Made by a program: the position numbers and the translations under genes
Shown: one piece after another, positions 9,730 to 19,075 of the stretch
Layout: each line of letters begins with the position of its first letter
Position numbering within the stretch: position 1 is the stretch's first letter
The notes under the pieces: model-generated
What the model saw: the letters and a program-made list of their open reading frames with translations, nothing else
The model's database searches: none
Told to the model about the DNA's origin: nothing
DNA from: an uncultured Myxococcales bacterium
GTDB taxonomy: Bacteria > Myxococcota_A > UBA9042
Assembly: GCA_903955385.1 (NCBI GenBank)
Contig: CAJBNH010000118.1
Location: forward strand, 36,045 to 100,044
Direction: 5' to 3'
Length of the DNA stretch: 64,000 nucleotides

Positions 9730-11913
9730 TCAGGCCGGTGCACCCTCTCCGTCCCGCAGCGGTCGCGCCGACAACGAGATGCGCCGACGCTTGAGGTCCA
9801 CTTCCAACACGCGGACTTGCAGACGCTGACCGACGGCAACCACTTCGTGCGGGTCCCGAACAAAGCGTTCGCTCAGCTGCGACACGTGCACGAGGCCATC
9901 CTGGTGAACGCCCACATCGACAAACGCACCAAACGGCGTGACGTTGGTGACGACGCCCTCCAGGGTCATGCCTTGCCGCAGGTCGTCCATGGTTCGCACG
10001 TCGTCGCGAAACTTGGGAGGTTCGAAGGACTTGCGAGGGTCACGGCCTGGCTTCTGCAGCTCAGCCAGGATGTCGCGCAAGGTCGGCTCGCCCACATCAC
10101 CGGCCAGATAACGCCGCAGGTCGATGGTCTGGACCAGGCTGGCGTTGCCCACCAGCTGCACGACCTTCACGCCGAGATCGGCTGCCATCCGCTCGACGAT
10201 GCCATAACGCTCCGGATGTACGGCGGAAGCGTCCAGCGGATGCTCGCCACCCCGTACACGCAAGAAGCCTGCCGCCTGCTCGTAGGCGCGCGGCCCCAGG
10301 CCAGACACTTTCAACACCGCGTGTCGACTGCGGAATGGACCGTGCTGGTCGCGATGCGCCACGACCTTGCGCGCCAGCCCCGGACCGATGCCGGCGACGT
10401 GGGCCAACAGCGGCGCACTCGCAGTGTTCAGCTCGACACCCACGTGGTTCACGCAACTCTCGACCACCTCGCCCAACTTGCGCGCCAGCAGCGGTTGGTG
10501 CACGTCGTGCTGGTATTGCCCCACGCCGATCGCCTTGGGCTCGACCTTGACCAGCTCGGCCAAAGGGTCCTGCAGCCGACGTGCGATCGAGATCGCACCG
10601 CGAATCGTCAGATCGAGGTCCGGAAACTCCTCTCGCGCAACGTCCGATGCCGAATACACACTTGCGCCTGCTTCGTTGACGCTGACGACAGGCACCGACG
10701 CCCACCCTGCCTTGGCCAGCACGTCGCGCACAAAGGCTTCCGTCTCGCGTCCCGCCGTACCGTTGCCTACACCGACCGCCGTGGGCTGGTGGCGCAGCAG
10801 GAACGCCTGCAGGTCCACGACCGCCTTGGCCGAGGCAGCTGCGCCCTGACCCGGATACACCGTCACGGAGCTCAGGAATCGCCCCGTGTCGTCCACGGCA
10901 GCGCACTTGCAGCCGCTGCGGATCCCGGGGTCGACGCCCACGACACGCTGGCCACCCAACGGCGATGCCAACAGCAAATTCCGCAGGTTCTGGGCGAAGA
11001 CGTCGACGGCTTGGCGGTCCGAGCGCTCCTTGAGTTCGCCGCGGACGTCCGTCTCCAGGCTGGGCAGCAAGAGCCTTTGCACACCGTCCTGAATCGCCTG
11101 AGCCAAGTGGGTCGCGTAGGGCGACCGCGGGCGCACGCCCATGCGTTGCTCAGTCCGCGCGATCAGCCTGTCGCGGTCCAGCTCGATGCCGACCCGCAGG
11201 TCCTCCTCGCGCTCGCCGCGGCAGATGGCCAGATAGCGGTGCGACGGGATGGACGCCACCGCCTCAGTGAAGTCGGCGTAGCCCTCGAAGCGTGACGGAG
11301 CCGCCTCCTTGTCCTTGCGCGGCGGCGCGACCGACGTCACGCGCCCGTGGCGGGCCATCGCGTCGCGACCGAACCTGCGCACCTCGATGTCCTCTGCCAC
11401 CGCCTCGGCCACGATGTCGCGCGCGCCCTTCAAGGCCGCCTCGGCATCGGGCAAGTCCGCTTCCGGCTTCAGATATGCCTGAGCCTCCTGCAGCGGGTCC
11501 GCCCGGTCCGGTTGGGCCAGGATGCGTTGGGCCAGTGGCTCCAGCCCCTTCTCGCGCGCCATCGAGGCGCGGGTCCGGCGCTTGGGACGGAACGGCAGGT
11601 ACAGGTCTTCCAGCGCCGCTCGCGTCGTCGCCGCGCGGATCGCCTTCTCCAACGCTTCCGAGAGCTTGCCCTGACCGGCGATCGACGTCAGCACGACTTC
11701 GCGGCGGGCCTCCAGCTCCACGACCTGGGTGCGCCGCTCCTCGATCGCGCGGATCTGCACTTCGTCGAGGCCGCCGGTCACTTCCTTGCGATAGCGGGCG
11801 ATGAAGGGAACGGTCGCGCCCTCGTCCAGCAACGCCACCGTCGCCGAAACCCCGCGCAGCGGCAGCGCGAGGTCGCGAGAGAGGAAGTCCATCAGCTGGA
11901 GCGATTCGGCCAT
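9730..11913 (-). CDS. tex: Tex family RNA-binding transcription accessory protein
   Basis: EGATVPFIARYRKEVTGGLDE, GVDPGIRSGCK, IGVGQYQHDV, C-terminal S1 domain. Confidence 0.95.
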   Translation of the reverse strand: MAESLQLMDFLSRDLALPLRGVSATVALLDEGATVPFIARYRKEVTGGLDEVQIRAIEERRTQVVELEARREVVLTSIAGQGKLSEALEKAIRAATTRAALEDLYLPFRPKRRTRASMAREKGLEPLAQRILAQPDRADPLQEAQAYLKPEADLPDAEAALKGARDIVAEAVAEDIEVRRFGRDAMARHGRVTSVAPPRKDKEAAPSRFEGYADFTEAVASIPSHRYLAICRGEREEDLRVGIELDRDRLIARTEQRMGVRPRSPYATHLAQAIQDGVQRLLLPSLETDVRGELKERSDRQAVDVFAQNLRNLLLASPLGGQRVVGVDPGIRSGCKCAAVDDTGRFLSSVTVYPGQGAAASAKAVVDLQAFLLRHQPTAVGVGNGTAGRETEAFVRDVLAKAGWASVPVVSVNEAGASVYSASDVAREEFPDLDLTIRGAISIARRLQDPLAELVKVEPKAIGVGQYQHDVHQPLLARKLGEVVESCVNHVGVELNTASAPLLAHVAGIGPGLARKVVAHRDQHGPFRSRHAVLKVSGLGPRAYEQAAGFLRVRGGEHPLDASAVHPERYGIVERMAADLGVKVVQLVGNASLVQTIDLRRYLAGDVGEPTLRDILAELQKPGRDPRKSFEPPKFRDDVRTMDDLRQGMTLEGVVTNVTPFGAFVDVGVHQDGLVHVSQLSERFVRDPHEVVAVGQRLQVRVLEVDLKRRRISLSARPLRDGEGAPA

Positions 11914-11980
11914 GGCGTCGCCTCACGGGGCCCGGGGGACGCTCCCCGTCAGGGGAATCGGCCGGGTCCAGGGCGCGCTT

Positions 11981-13423
11981 CTACCACCAATCGCGTGCGA
12001 TGCGCTCCTGGGGAGGCGCAGTTCCGCGGTCTGCCACGGGGGCAGGACGGGCGGCCGCCTGAGGCGGGCGGTTCTCGTGTCGCGAGCGCCGCGGTGCTGC
12101 GGGCGGTTGCGAGGTCGCAGGACGGCGATCGTCGCGGCGGGGCTCTTGAGCCGGGCGCTGCGTCGAACGCGACTGCGGAGCCTGCGAACGCGGCTGCTGG
12201 GGGCGACCTTGCGCCTGGCGCTGCGACGATTGCGGTCGGCGGGCCTGCGGCTGGGCCTGACGCGGCGCCGGTGCGACCTCGCGGGCTCCGTTGGCCTCGA
12301 ACGCATGTCCCTTCACAACGGGCACTGCCTTGCGAATCAGCTTCTCGATGTCCCGCAGGTAGGGCCGCTCCTCGGCATCGCAGAACGAGATCGCGATGCC
12401 ATCGGCGCCCGCTCGTGCGGTGCGGCCGATGCGATGCACGTAGCTATCTGGAATGTTTGGCAGATCGTGGTTGATCACGTGCGACACGCCGTCCACGTCG
12501 ATGCCGCGCGCGGCGATGTCGGTGGCGATCAGCACGCGGGTCTCGCCGGACTTGAAGCGGTCCAAGGCCCGGGTTCGCGCGTTCTGCGACTTGTTGCCGT
12601 GGATGGCCAGCGCCTCGATGCCGGCCTTGTCCAGATTCTTCACCACCTTGTCGGCGCCGTGCTTGGTGCGGGTAAACACCAGCGCCCGCTCGACCTTGGG
12701 GTCACGCAGCAGCTCCTCGAGCAGGGGACGCTTGTCGGAGGTGGTCACGTGGTAGACGGACTGCACGATGCGGTCGACCGTAGTCGCCGACGGCGTGACC
12801 GACACGCGAATCGGATTGCGCAGCAAGTCCTCGGCCAGCTCCTGAACGTCAGGGGCCATCGTCGCGGAAAACAGCAGCGTCTGCCGCTGCGTGGGCACGG
12901 TGGCGACGATCTTGCGCACGTCCCGCACAAACCCCATGTCGAGCATCCGGTCAGCCTCGTCCAACACCAGCGTGTCGACGGTGTTCAGCTTGACCAGACC
13001 CTGACCCATCAGGTCCAGCAGACGGCCGGGAGTGGCCACCAGCACGTCGACGCCGCGCCGAATCGCCCGCACCTGCGGCTCCTGACCCACGCCGCCAAAG
13101 ATGACGGCCGAGGCGACGCCGGTGTGCTTGCCATACACCTGAAACGACTCGTTGATCTGGGCCGCCAGCTCGCGGGTGGGGGCCAGCACGAGCACGCGCA
13201 GCTTGCGGGGACCGGTCATGCCCTTGTCGGCCGCCAGCTTCTGCAGGATCGGCAGGGCGAACGCCGCAGTCTTGCCGGTGCCGGTCTGGGCGCAGCCGAG
13301 CATGTCGCGGCCGCTGAGCAGGGGACCGATCGCCTGCTCCTGAATGGGGGTGGGTTCGGTGTAGCCCTCGTCGCGCACGGCGCGCAGCAGGGGCTCGATC
13401 AGGTTCAATTCTTCGAAACGCAT
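11981..13423 (-). CDS. rhlE: DEAD-box RNA helicase (RhlE-like)
   Basis: [43 protein letters not shown]; Arg/Gln-rich tail. Confidence 0.92.
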   Translation of the reverse strand: MRFEELNLIEPLLRAVRDEGYTEPTPIQEQAIGPLLSGRDMLGCAQTGTGKTAAFALPILQKLAADKGMTGPRKLRVLVLAPTRELAAQINESFQVYGKHTGVASAVIFGGVGQEPQVRAIRRGVDVLVATPGRLLDLMGQGLVKLNTVDTLVLDEADRMLDMGFVRDVRKIVATVPTQRQTLLFSATMAPDVQELAEDLLRNPIRVSVTPSATTVDRIVQSVYHVTTSDKRPLLEELLRDPKVERALVFTRTKHGADKVVKNLDKAGIEALAIHGNKSQNARTRALDRFKSGETRVLIATDIAARGIDVDGVSHVINHDLPNIPDSYVHRIGRTARAGADGIAISFCDAEERPYLRDIEKLIRKAVPVVKGHAFEANGAREVAPAPRQAQPQARRPQSSQRQAQGRPQQPRSQAPQSRSTQRPAQEPRRDDRRPATSQPPAAPRRSRHENRPPQAAARPAPVADRGTAPPQERIARDWW

Positions 13424-13715
13424 TCTTTCCTTTGCAAACAAAGACCTCGGCCGCACGCACGTTGCGCGCGGGTGACTTCCCGTCGGGGGTTCGTCACGTC
13501 GGGTCGGGGGAGGCCCCCACCTTTCTTGCGAGGGGGGTGGCCGTTACCTGGCTGTCGTTCCCTGGCCTTGTGCCAAGGGGGCTGGTCGTTCGCTGACTGC
13601 ACGCCGAAGAGCAGGGCGTGGGAGGCGAACGCTCCAGAACAGCAGGTCAAACACTCTGTCTCGCGACCCGGTGCAGCCGGTTCGCTGCGCGTGCCTTCGA
13701 TCACGAGACGGCGAC

Positions 13716-13744
13716 AGGATAGGCGTCCCGTGCCGTTCGCGCAA
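13716..13744 (-). promoter_or_regulatory. Putative sigma70 promoter of the DEAD-box helicase gene
   Basis: Minus strand TTGCGC-17 nt-TATCCT. Confidence 0.45.
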
Positions 13745-13775
13745 GGGAAGTGCGCAAATTGCTTGGATCCTTGGT

Positions 13776-14828
13776 CTAGACGTTGAACCGGAAGTGAACG
13801 ATATCACCGTCTTGCACGGCGTACTCCTTCCCTTCCAGACGGTAGCGGCCGGCACGTCGCGCCGCGGCCTCGGACCCCAGCGTCACGAAGTCGTCGTAGC
13901 CGATGATCTCTGCACGGATGAAGCCCTTTTCGATGTCGGAGTGCACGGCACCGGCGGCTCGAGGCGCCAGCGTACCGTTCTTGATGGTCCAGGCGCGCAC
14001 CTCGTCCTCACCCGACGTCAGGAACGAGATCAGGCCCAGCGCCGCGTAGACCTGGCGCACGACGACGTCCAGCACCGGCTCCTGAATGCCCATCGCCTCG
14101 CGGAAAGCAGGTCGATCCGCCTCGGGCATGCCCTGAATCTCTTCCTCGATCTGCGCGCAACAAACGAACGACGGCAGCCCCTGCACCGGCAAGCCATAGC
14201 GGGCCATGACCGCGGCGGAATCAGCTCCGGCGTCGCCCTCTCCGGCGTTGACGACGACCAGCAGCGGCCGCGCCGTCAGAAAGGCGTAGTTGCGCAGGAC
14301 CGGCAGTGCAGCCAACGCCGCGTCCGCTCGCAGAGGAAGGTCCTGATCCAGCAGCGCTTTGCACTTTTCGAGCGCTTCGACTTCGTCGGCCGTCGCGCTC
14401 GGCTTGCCCTTCTTCAGGTCAGCCGCGGCGCGGTCCAGCCGGTTCTCGATCACCATCAGGTCGGCCAGCAACATCTCGGCCACCACCGACTCGACGTCGG
14501 CCTTTGGGTCGCACAGCCCCTCTTCGTCAAACGCGCGCACGACCAGCAGGAAGGCGTCCATCGGCTTGACCAGGTTCAGGAACGCGGAGTCGAGGCTGGA
14601 CCCATGCTTGCCGACCTTCTCGGCCTGGTGCGCCTCAACCACTTCGATGGTCGCGTAGGTGGTCTTCTTGGGCTTGTACATCTCGCTGAGCTTGTCGACC
14701 CGGCCGTCCGGAACCTTGACCGTGCCGATCTGGAAGCTGCCCTTCTGGCGGCTGGCGTCGGTACCGGTCAGGGTGGCGAACAGGGTGGTCTTGCCGCACT
14801 GGGGCAGGCCGATAAGGGCGACCTTCAT
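13776..14828 (-). CDS. ychF: YchF/Obg-family ATPase (divergent G motifs, intact TGS domain)
   Basis: GLPQCGKTTLF, VPDGRVDKLS, VRAWTI..AAGAVHSDIEKGFIRAE..EGKEYAVQDGDIVHFRFNV. Confidence 0.88.
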   Translation of the reverse strand: MKVALIGLPQCGKTTLFATLTGTDASRQKGSFQIGTVKVPDGRVDKLSEMYKPKKTTYATIEVVEAHQAEKVGKHGSSLDSAFLNLVKPMDAFLLVVRAFDEEGLCDPKADVESVVAEMLLADLMVIENRLDRAAADLKKGKPSATADEVEALEKCKALLDQDLPLRADAALAALPVLRNYAFLTARPLLVVVNAGEGDAGADSAAVMARYGLPVQGLPSFVCCAQIEEEIQGMPEADRPAFREAMGIQEPVLDVVVRQVYAALGLISFLTSGEDEVRAWTIKNGTLAPRAAGAVHSDIEKGFIRAEIIGYDDFVTLGSEAAARRAGRYRLEGKEYAVQDGDIVHFRFNV

Positions 14829-14867
14829 GGGGAACCTCGTTGGTTGTCGAATCAGATCAGGTAGTTG

Positions 14868-15215
14868 TCAGAACTGCTCCGACTCAGGCGGGGCGGATGA
14901 TGGGCCAGAATCGTCTGAGCGGCAACCGTCCCCCGCAAGCGCCTCCGGGGTCGGTGTCGCCACGCCGACGATGCGGCGAAAGATGTGCTCGACAAGCTCC
15001 GGGTCCAGCTCGCGAGCGTCCATGCGCAGCCGGTCGAGGATCTCGCGTTCCCGACGCGGGTCGTGGATCGCCCAGCCCAGCCCTTCCTTCAGCCGCCACG
15101 CCTCTGCCACCACGCAGGCACGCCGCTCGATCAACGTCAGCAGCTGGTCGTCGATGCCGTCGATCTCTCTGCGGATTTGGGCCAGCCGTTGCTGCTTTGC
15201 GTCGTCCGCCGTCAT
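14868..15215 (-). CDS. Stand-alone AroQ-type chorismate mutase
   Basis: LAQIRREIDGIDDQLLTLIERR..K..IHDPRREREIL..VEHIFRRI matches the CM type-2 pattern; ATGA overlap with the upstream U32 gene. Confidence 0.8.
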   Translation of the reverse strand: MTADDAKQQRLAQIRREIDGIDDQLLTLIERRACVVAEAWRLKEGLGWAIHDPRREREILDRLRMDARELDPELVEHIFRRIVGVATPTPEALAGDGCRSDDSGPSSAPPESEQF

Positions 15216-17887
15216 GGCTGGACCCCCTCGGGCAAGCGCGCGCCACTCATCGTCTTCATCGTGCCCAGCGTGACGCCAAACTGCTCGTGAACGCCTACGC
15301 GTCGCACCAATTCACCAGCCTGGATGCGCCCTTGCAGCAGGTCGACGTACGCTTGCAGCACCGTCGCCGCCTCGGTCTGCGTCTCGCGCAGGAACTCGAC
15401 ACGGAAGCGCCTGACGCCCTGCTTCACCAGCCGCGGCACTGCGGACGCCGCGCTCTGCGCCGCCGCATTGAACACGGTGTTGCGGCAGCCGACGTCGACG
15501 ACGACCGGGTGCTCGTCGCCCTTGTGGTCGCGCAGCGAGACCTCGTGCGCCTCGCAAGGTCGCCCGCAGGTGCGCCAGTCGTTGCCGTGGCTCAACAGAT
15601 GGGCGTACACGCAGTGCTCGGTGTGGAAGGTCGCGATGTGATGGTGGATCGTCACCGTCAGCCGCTCTGCCGGCACATGGGCCAGCAGACCTTGCAGCTG
15701 CGCCTCGTCCAGATCGTGGGCCGGCGTCAGCGTGTCCACCCCCATGCCCAACAACAGGTTTGCCGTCAGGGAGTTGGTGACGTTGAGCGAGAAGTCGCCG
15801 TGCACCAGCGGGCGCAGCCCAGCAAGCGGCTCGCCCGCCAGCCCAGCGAACTGCACGAGGCCCCCCCAGTGGCGCACAAGCACCGCGTCCGGCTGCAGCT
15901 GGGCAATTCGGGCGTCATAGCCCTGCTCGCCGGGCTTCTGCACCCGCACGGTCGCGATCGTCACCTTCAGGCCGGCCTCGCGCGCCCGGCGCACGGCCTT
16001 GCCCAACCCCACCAGCTCCATCCAGTCCAGCTCGACCTCGGGCAGTCCGGCAGCGATCACGGCCTCCAGCTGGGCCTCGTTGCGGCACAGCGCAACCACC
16101 TGCGGCGTCTGCGCAACCTGCCACGTCACCGGACGCACCGCGGCCGTCAGCTCGGCCCGCAGCCGCTCCGCCGGATCGGCTTCGTCGGTGCCGTGCCGCG
16201 CGGCCGCCAGCACCTGCGCTTCCAGCTTCGTCATCAGCTCGCGCCGCAGCAGTTTCAGTTCGGACACCGGCACATGCAGCCCCGGCCCCACCTGCTCGGC
16301 GACCAGATCGCGCAGCTTGAACGGCGTCCCCCCCAGCGACCCCAGCTTGTCGTAGAGCAATTCGTACGTCATGCCGAGGCCTTGCGACACGGCCAGCGGC
16401 GTGGTCCCGCGCACGCTCGCGCGCTGCGCTCGGCCCGCCGGACCTTGTGCGCGGGCCTCGATCTCGACGGGCTCGCCCTCGCGACCGCTCACGTGCAGAA
16501 CGACGTCGATGCGCCCGGTGGGCAGCCCCGCCTGCAGCAGCCGCGCCGTCGCCAGTCCGGGGGTCGGGTCGCTGGTCAGCCAGACGCGGTGGCCGGGCTG
16601 GATCTTCGTCAGGTCCGGACCCGGGGTGCCAAAGCCCAGCAGCCAGCCGTCTTTGGTCGGATTGACCCGGAAGATCGGTCCGCCTGCCTCGTGCTCGTCC
16701 TCCGGGTGGCCCGCATCGAAGCCCACGCCCTGCCCCGGCCTCAGCTCCGGCAGGGGCGGCTCGAAGCTCGGCTCGTCCGCGTCGGGCACCCGGTGACCCA
16801 AGTTCGCGCCCACGCCGCTGGTCGACGGCCGCCCGTCGGCACGCTGCACCCGCACCGCCCGCGGCTCGACCGCCACGACGGTGCCAATCCACAGGCCACG
16901 GTGCTTGGGAAACCGGCCCTCGACCAAGCTGGTGTGTTGAGCGCCCAGCAGAAAACCCGGCGAGAACCCTCGCGAATACGACAGCGCGCTGTCCACCGCG
17001 TCCTTCTCGAGCCGCTCTGCCGAGGCGCGGTCCTGCCAGCCCATCGCTTTGGCGTCCAGCCACCGCCGCCAAGTGCCCACCGCCGTCGCGACGTATTGCG
17101 GCCCCTTCTGGCGGCCCTCGATCTTCAGCCCGTGAACGCCGGCCGGCAGCAGCCGTTCGAGCAGAGGCGCGGCAAACAAGTCCTTGGGACTCAACAGGTA
17201 TTGCACTTCACCCAGGTCACGTGTCTTTCCGTCCACCACGAGATCGTAGGGCATGCGGCACGCCTGCGCGCACTGGCCGCGGTTGGCAGAGCGGCCTCCC
17301 CACGCCTCACTGGTCAGGCACTGGCCGCTCCACGACATGCACAGGGCGCCGTGAACGAACACCTCGAGCTCCAGCCGTGTGCCTTGCGCCATCTTCGCGA
17401 TCTCATCGACCGACAGCTCGCGAGGCACGACGATCCGGGTGATGCCCAGCCGCTCGGCAAAGACCGCAGCCTCAGCGCTCGACACCGTCATCTGCGTACT
17501 CGCGTGGACGTGCAGCGTGGGAGCGATGGCGCGCGCCAGCAGGGCAACCGCCGGGTCCTGCACGATCAGGGCGTCGATGCCGGCTTGGGCTGCCTTGCGG
17601 ATCACGTCAGCGACCGGCTGCAGCTCGGACTCGAAGATCAGGGTGTTCAGCGTGAGATAGGCCCGGACACCCGCCCGGTGCAGCGCGTCGCAGGTGTCGC
17701 CCAGCTGGTCCAGCGCGAAGTTGCGCGCTCGCGCGCGGGCGTTGAAGCCGTCGTCGAGGCCAAAGTACACGGCATCAGCGCCGGACGCGACGGCGGCGTG
17801 CATGGCCTGAGCATCTCCCGCAGGTGCGAGCAGCTCCGGTTTGCGGCGATGGGGGCGGATCAGGGCGTCATTCGGGGGGAGGGTCAC
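15212..17887 (-). CDS. U32-family Fe-S hydroxylase (RlhA-like, long form with DUF3656-like middle and second U32-like domain)
   Basis: PELLAPAG..GADAVYFG..FNARARA, HASTQM, HGALCMSWSGQC..GRSANRGQCAQACR, LKIEGR. Confidence 0.9.
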   Translation of the reverse strand: MTLPPNDALIRPHRRKPELLAPAGDAQAMHAAVASGADAVYFGLDDGFNARARARNFALDQLGDTCDALHRAGVRAYLTLNTLIFESELQPVADVIRKAAQAGIDALIVQDPAVALLARAIAPTLHVHASTQMTVSSAEAAVFAERLGITRIVVPRELSVDEIAKMAQGTRLELEVFVHGALCMSWSGQCLTSEAWGGRSANRGQCAQACRMPYDLVVDGKTRDLGEVQYLLSPKDLFAAPLLERLLPAGVHGLKIEGRQKGPQYVATAVGTWRRWLDAKAMGWQDRASAERLEKDAVDSALSYSRGFSPGFLLGAQHTSLVEGRFPKHRGLWIGTVVAVEPRAVRVQRADGRPSTSGVGANLGHRVPDADEPSFEPPLPELRPGQGVGFDAGHPEDEHEAGGPIFRVNPTKDGWLLGFGTPGPDLTKIQPGHRVWLTSDPTPGLATARLLQAGLPTGRIDVVLHVSGREGEPVEIEARAQGPAGRAQRASVRGTTPLAVSQGLGMTYELLYDKLGSLGGTPFKLRDLVAEQVGPGLHVPVSELKLLRRELMTKLEAQVLAAARHGTDEADPAERLRAELTAAVRPVTWQVAQTPQVVALCRNEAQLEAVIAAGLPEVELDWMELVGLGKAVRRAREAGLKVTIATVRVQKPGEQGYDARIAQLQPDAVLVRHWGGLVQFAGLAGEPLAGLRPLVHGDFSLNVTNSLTANLLLGMGVDTLTPAHDLDEAQLQGLLAHVPAERLTVTIHHHIATFHTEHCVYAHLLSHGNDWRTCGRPCEAHEVSLRDHKGDEHPVVVDVGCRNTVFNAAAQSAASAVPRLVKQGVRRFRVEFLRETQTEAATVLQAYVDLLQGRIQAGELVRRVGVHEQFGVTLGTMKTMSGARLPEGVQP

Positions 17888-17980
17888 GGCAGCTCGTTCT
17901 GCCCGAATGTTGGGGCGAATCGCGCCAGTAGGCCACGGGGTCGAAGCAGCGGCAAGTCACCCTGCGCAGGGTCTGCGGGT

Positions 17981-18988
17981 CTACACGGGTTCCCGTCCCA
18001 AGGCATAGCGCTGGCTCAGCTTGCGGGCGGTCGCGGCGAACTCCTCGCGCAGGTCGGGCGGCCCCAGAACCTCGACCGCCTCACCGTAGCTGCGCAGCCA
18101 CGCGCGCAGCTGCACGGTGTTCGCAACGGTGGCCCGCAGCACCACGGCGCCGTCCGCCAGCGTCTCCAGCGTTTGGTCATCGCTGAGCGGTGTCTCCATC
18201 ACGCGACTGGCGGCGCCGCGGTCGAAGCGAACCTCCAGGTGGATGGGACCGTCGCCCAACAGGAAGTCGAAGGCGCCGGACTCGATGTAGTTGTCGATGT
18301 CGAAGCCTTCCGGAAAATTGCGCGTCGTGTTGAGCACTTCCGCCGACCGCATGCGGTGCAGCACGGCCATCCGCACATCGGTGAAGTCGCGGAACGTGCA
18401 CACCAGATAGGCCACGGTGTCGCGGTACACGAGGCCCAGCGGATGCAGCGTGTGCTCCACCGGTTCCGCGTCGCGCGCTTGGTACACGACCTTGAGGCAA
18501 CGCTCCCGCAGCAACCCCGTGTGCACCGCCTCCAGCACCTCAGGCTCGATGCGCGGCGAGCGGAACGTCAGTCCCGGCGGAATGACGCGAACCTTGCGCG
18601 GCCAGGCCGTCAGACTGTTCTCGGTCAGGTCGTCCAACACCGCGCGAGCATTCTCGAAATGCTGGTCCAAGTGCGAGCGGGTGGTCTCTGGCAGCACCTT
18701 GTCCAGGTAGTCCTCCGCCAGTCGCAGGGCCAGCGCGGTGTGCACCGTCATGCCCGGCACCTCCACCAATGGCGCGTCCCTGGTCCACGACCAGCCGGCC
18801 GGCTTGAACTCGTCGCTGGTCAGTGGGAAAAAGCCTGAGAGCTTCAGCAGATCGCGCTGAACCGTGCGCACGTCGACCTGAAACTCCGCGGCCTCGAGCT
18901 TGTCGCACAGCGCCCGGGTCGAGATCTTGTTCGGCACTCTCGGCACCAGCCTGAGCATGTGCCACTGGCGAATGATGGCATCGGTCAT
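17981..18988 (-). CDS. WYL-domain transcriptional regulator (wHTH-WYL-WCX)
   Basis: VDVRTVQRDL HTH; HPLGLV..AYLVC..LHRM; WLRSYGEAVEVLGPPDLR. Confidence 0.9.
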   Translation of the reverse strand: MTDAIIRQWHMLRLVPRVPNKISTRALCDKLEAAEFQVDVRTVQRDLLKLSGFFPLTSDEFKPAGWSWTRDAPLVEVPGMTVHTALALRLAEDYLDKVLPETTRSHLDQHFENARAVLDDLTENSLTAWPRKVRVIPPGLTFRSPRIEPEVLEAVHTGLLRERCLKVVYQARDAEPVEHTLHPLGLVYRDTVAYLVCTFRDFTDVRMAVLHRMRSAEVLNTTRNFPEGFDIDNYIESGAFDFLLGDGPIHLEVRFDRGAASRVMETPLSDDQTLETLADGAVVLRATVANTVQLRAWLRSYGEAVEVLGPPDLREEFAATARKLSQRYALGREPV

Positions 18989-19075
18989 GACAGCTCCCTC
19001 CGGCGATGACGCGGCAGTATGCGCGGGGCGCTGCCGCGGCAGCAAGGGGGGGCGCGCGCGTCAGGCGTCACCCAA

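Noticed and set aside
14840..18838. 1332-aa plus-strand ORF and many other long antisense ORFs (e.g. 35540-37501, 37296-39413, 11801-13786)
   Set aside because: They mirror well-supported opposite-strand genes; such shadow ORFs are expected at this GC content and show no motifs
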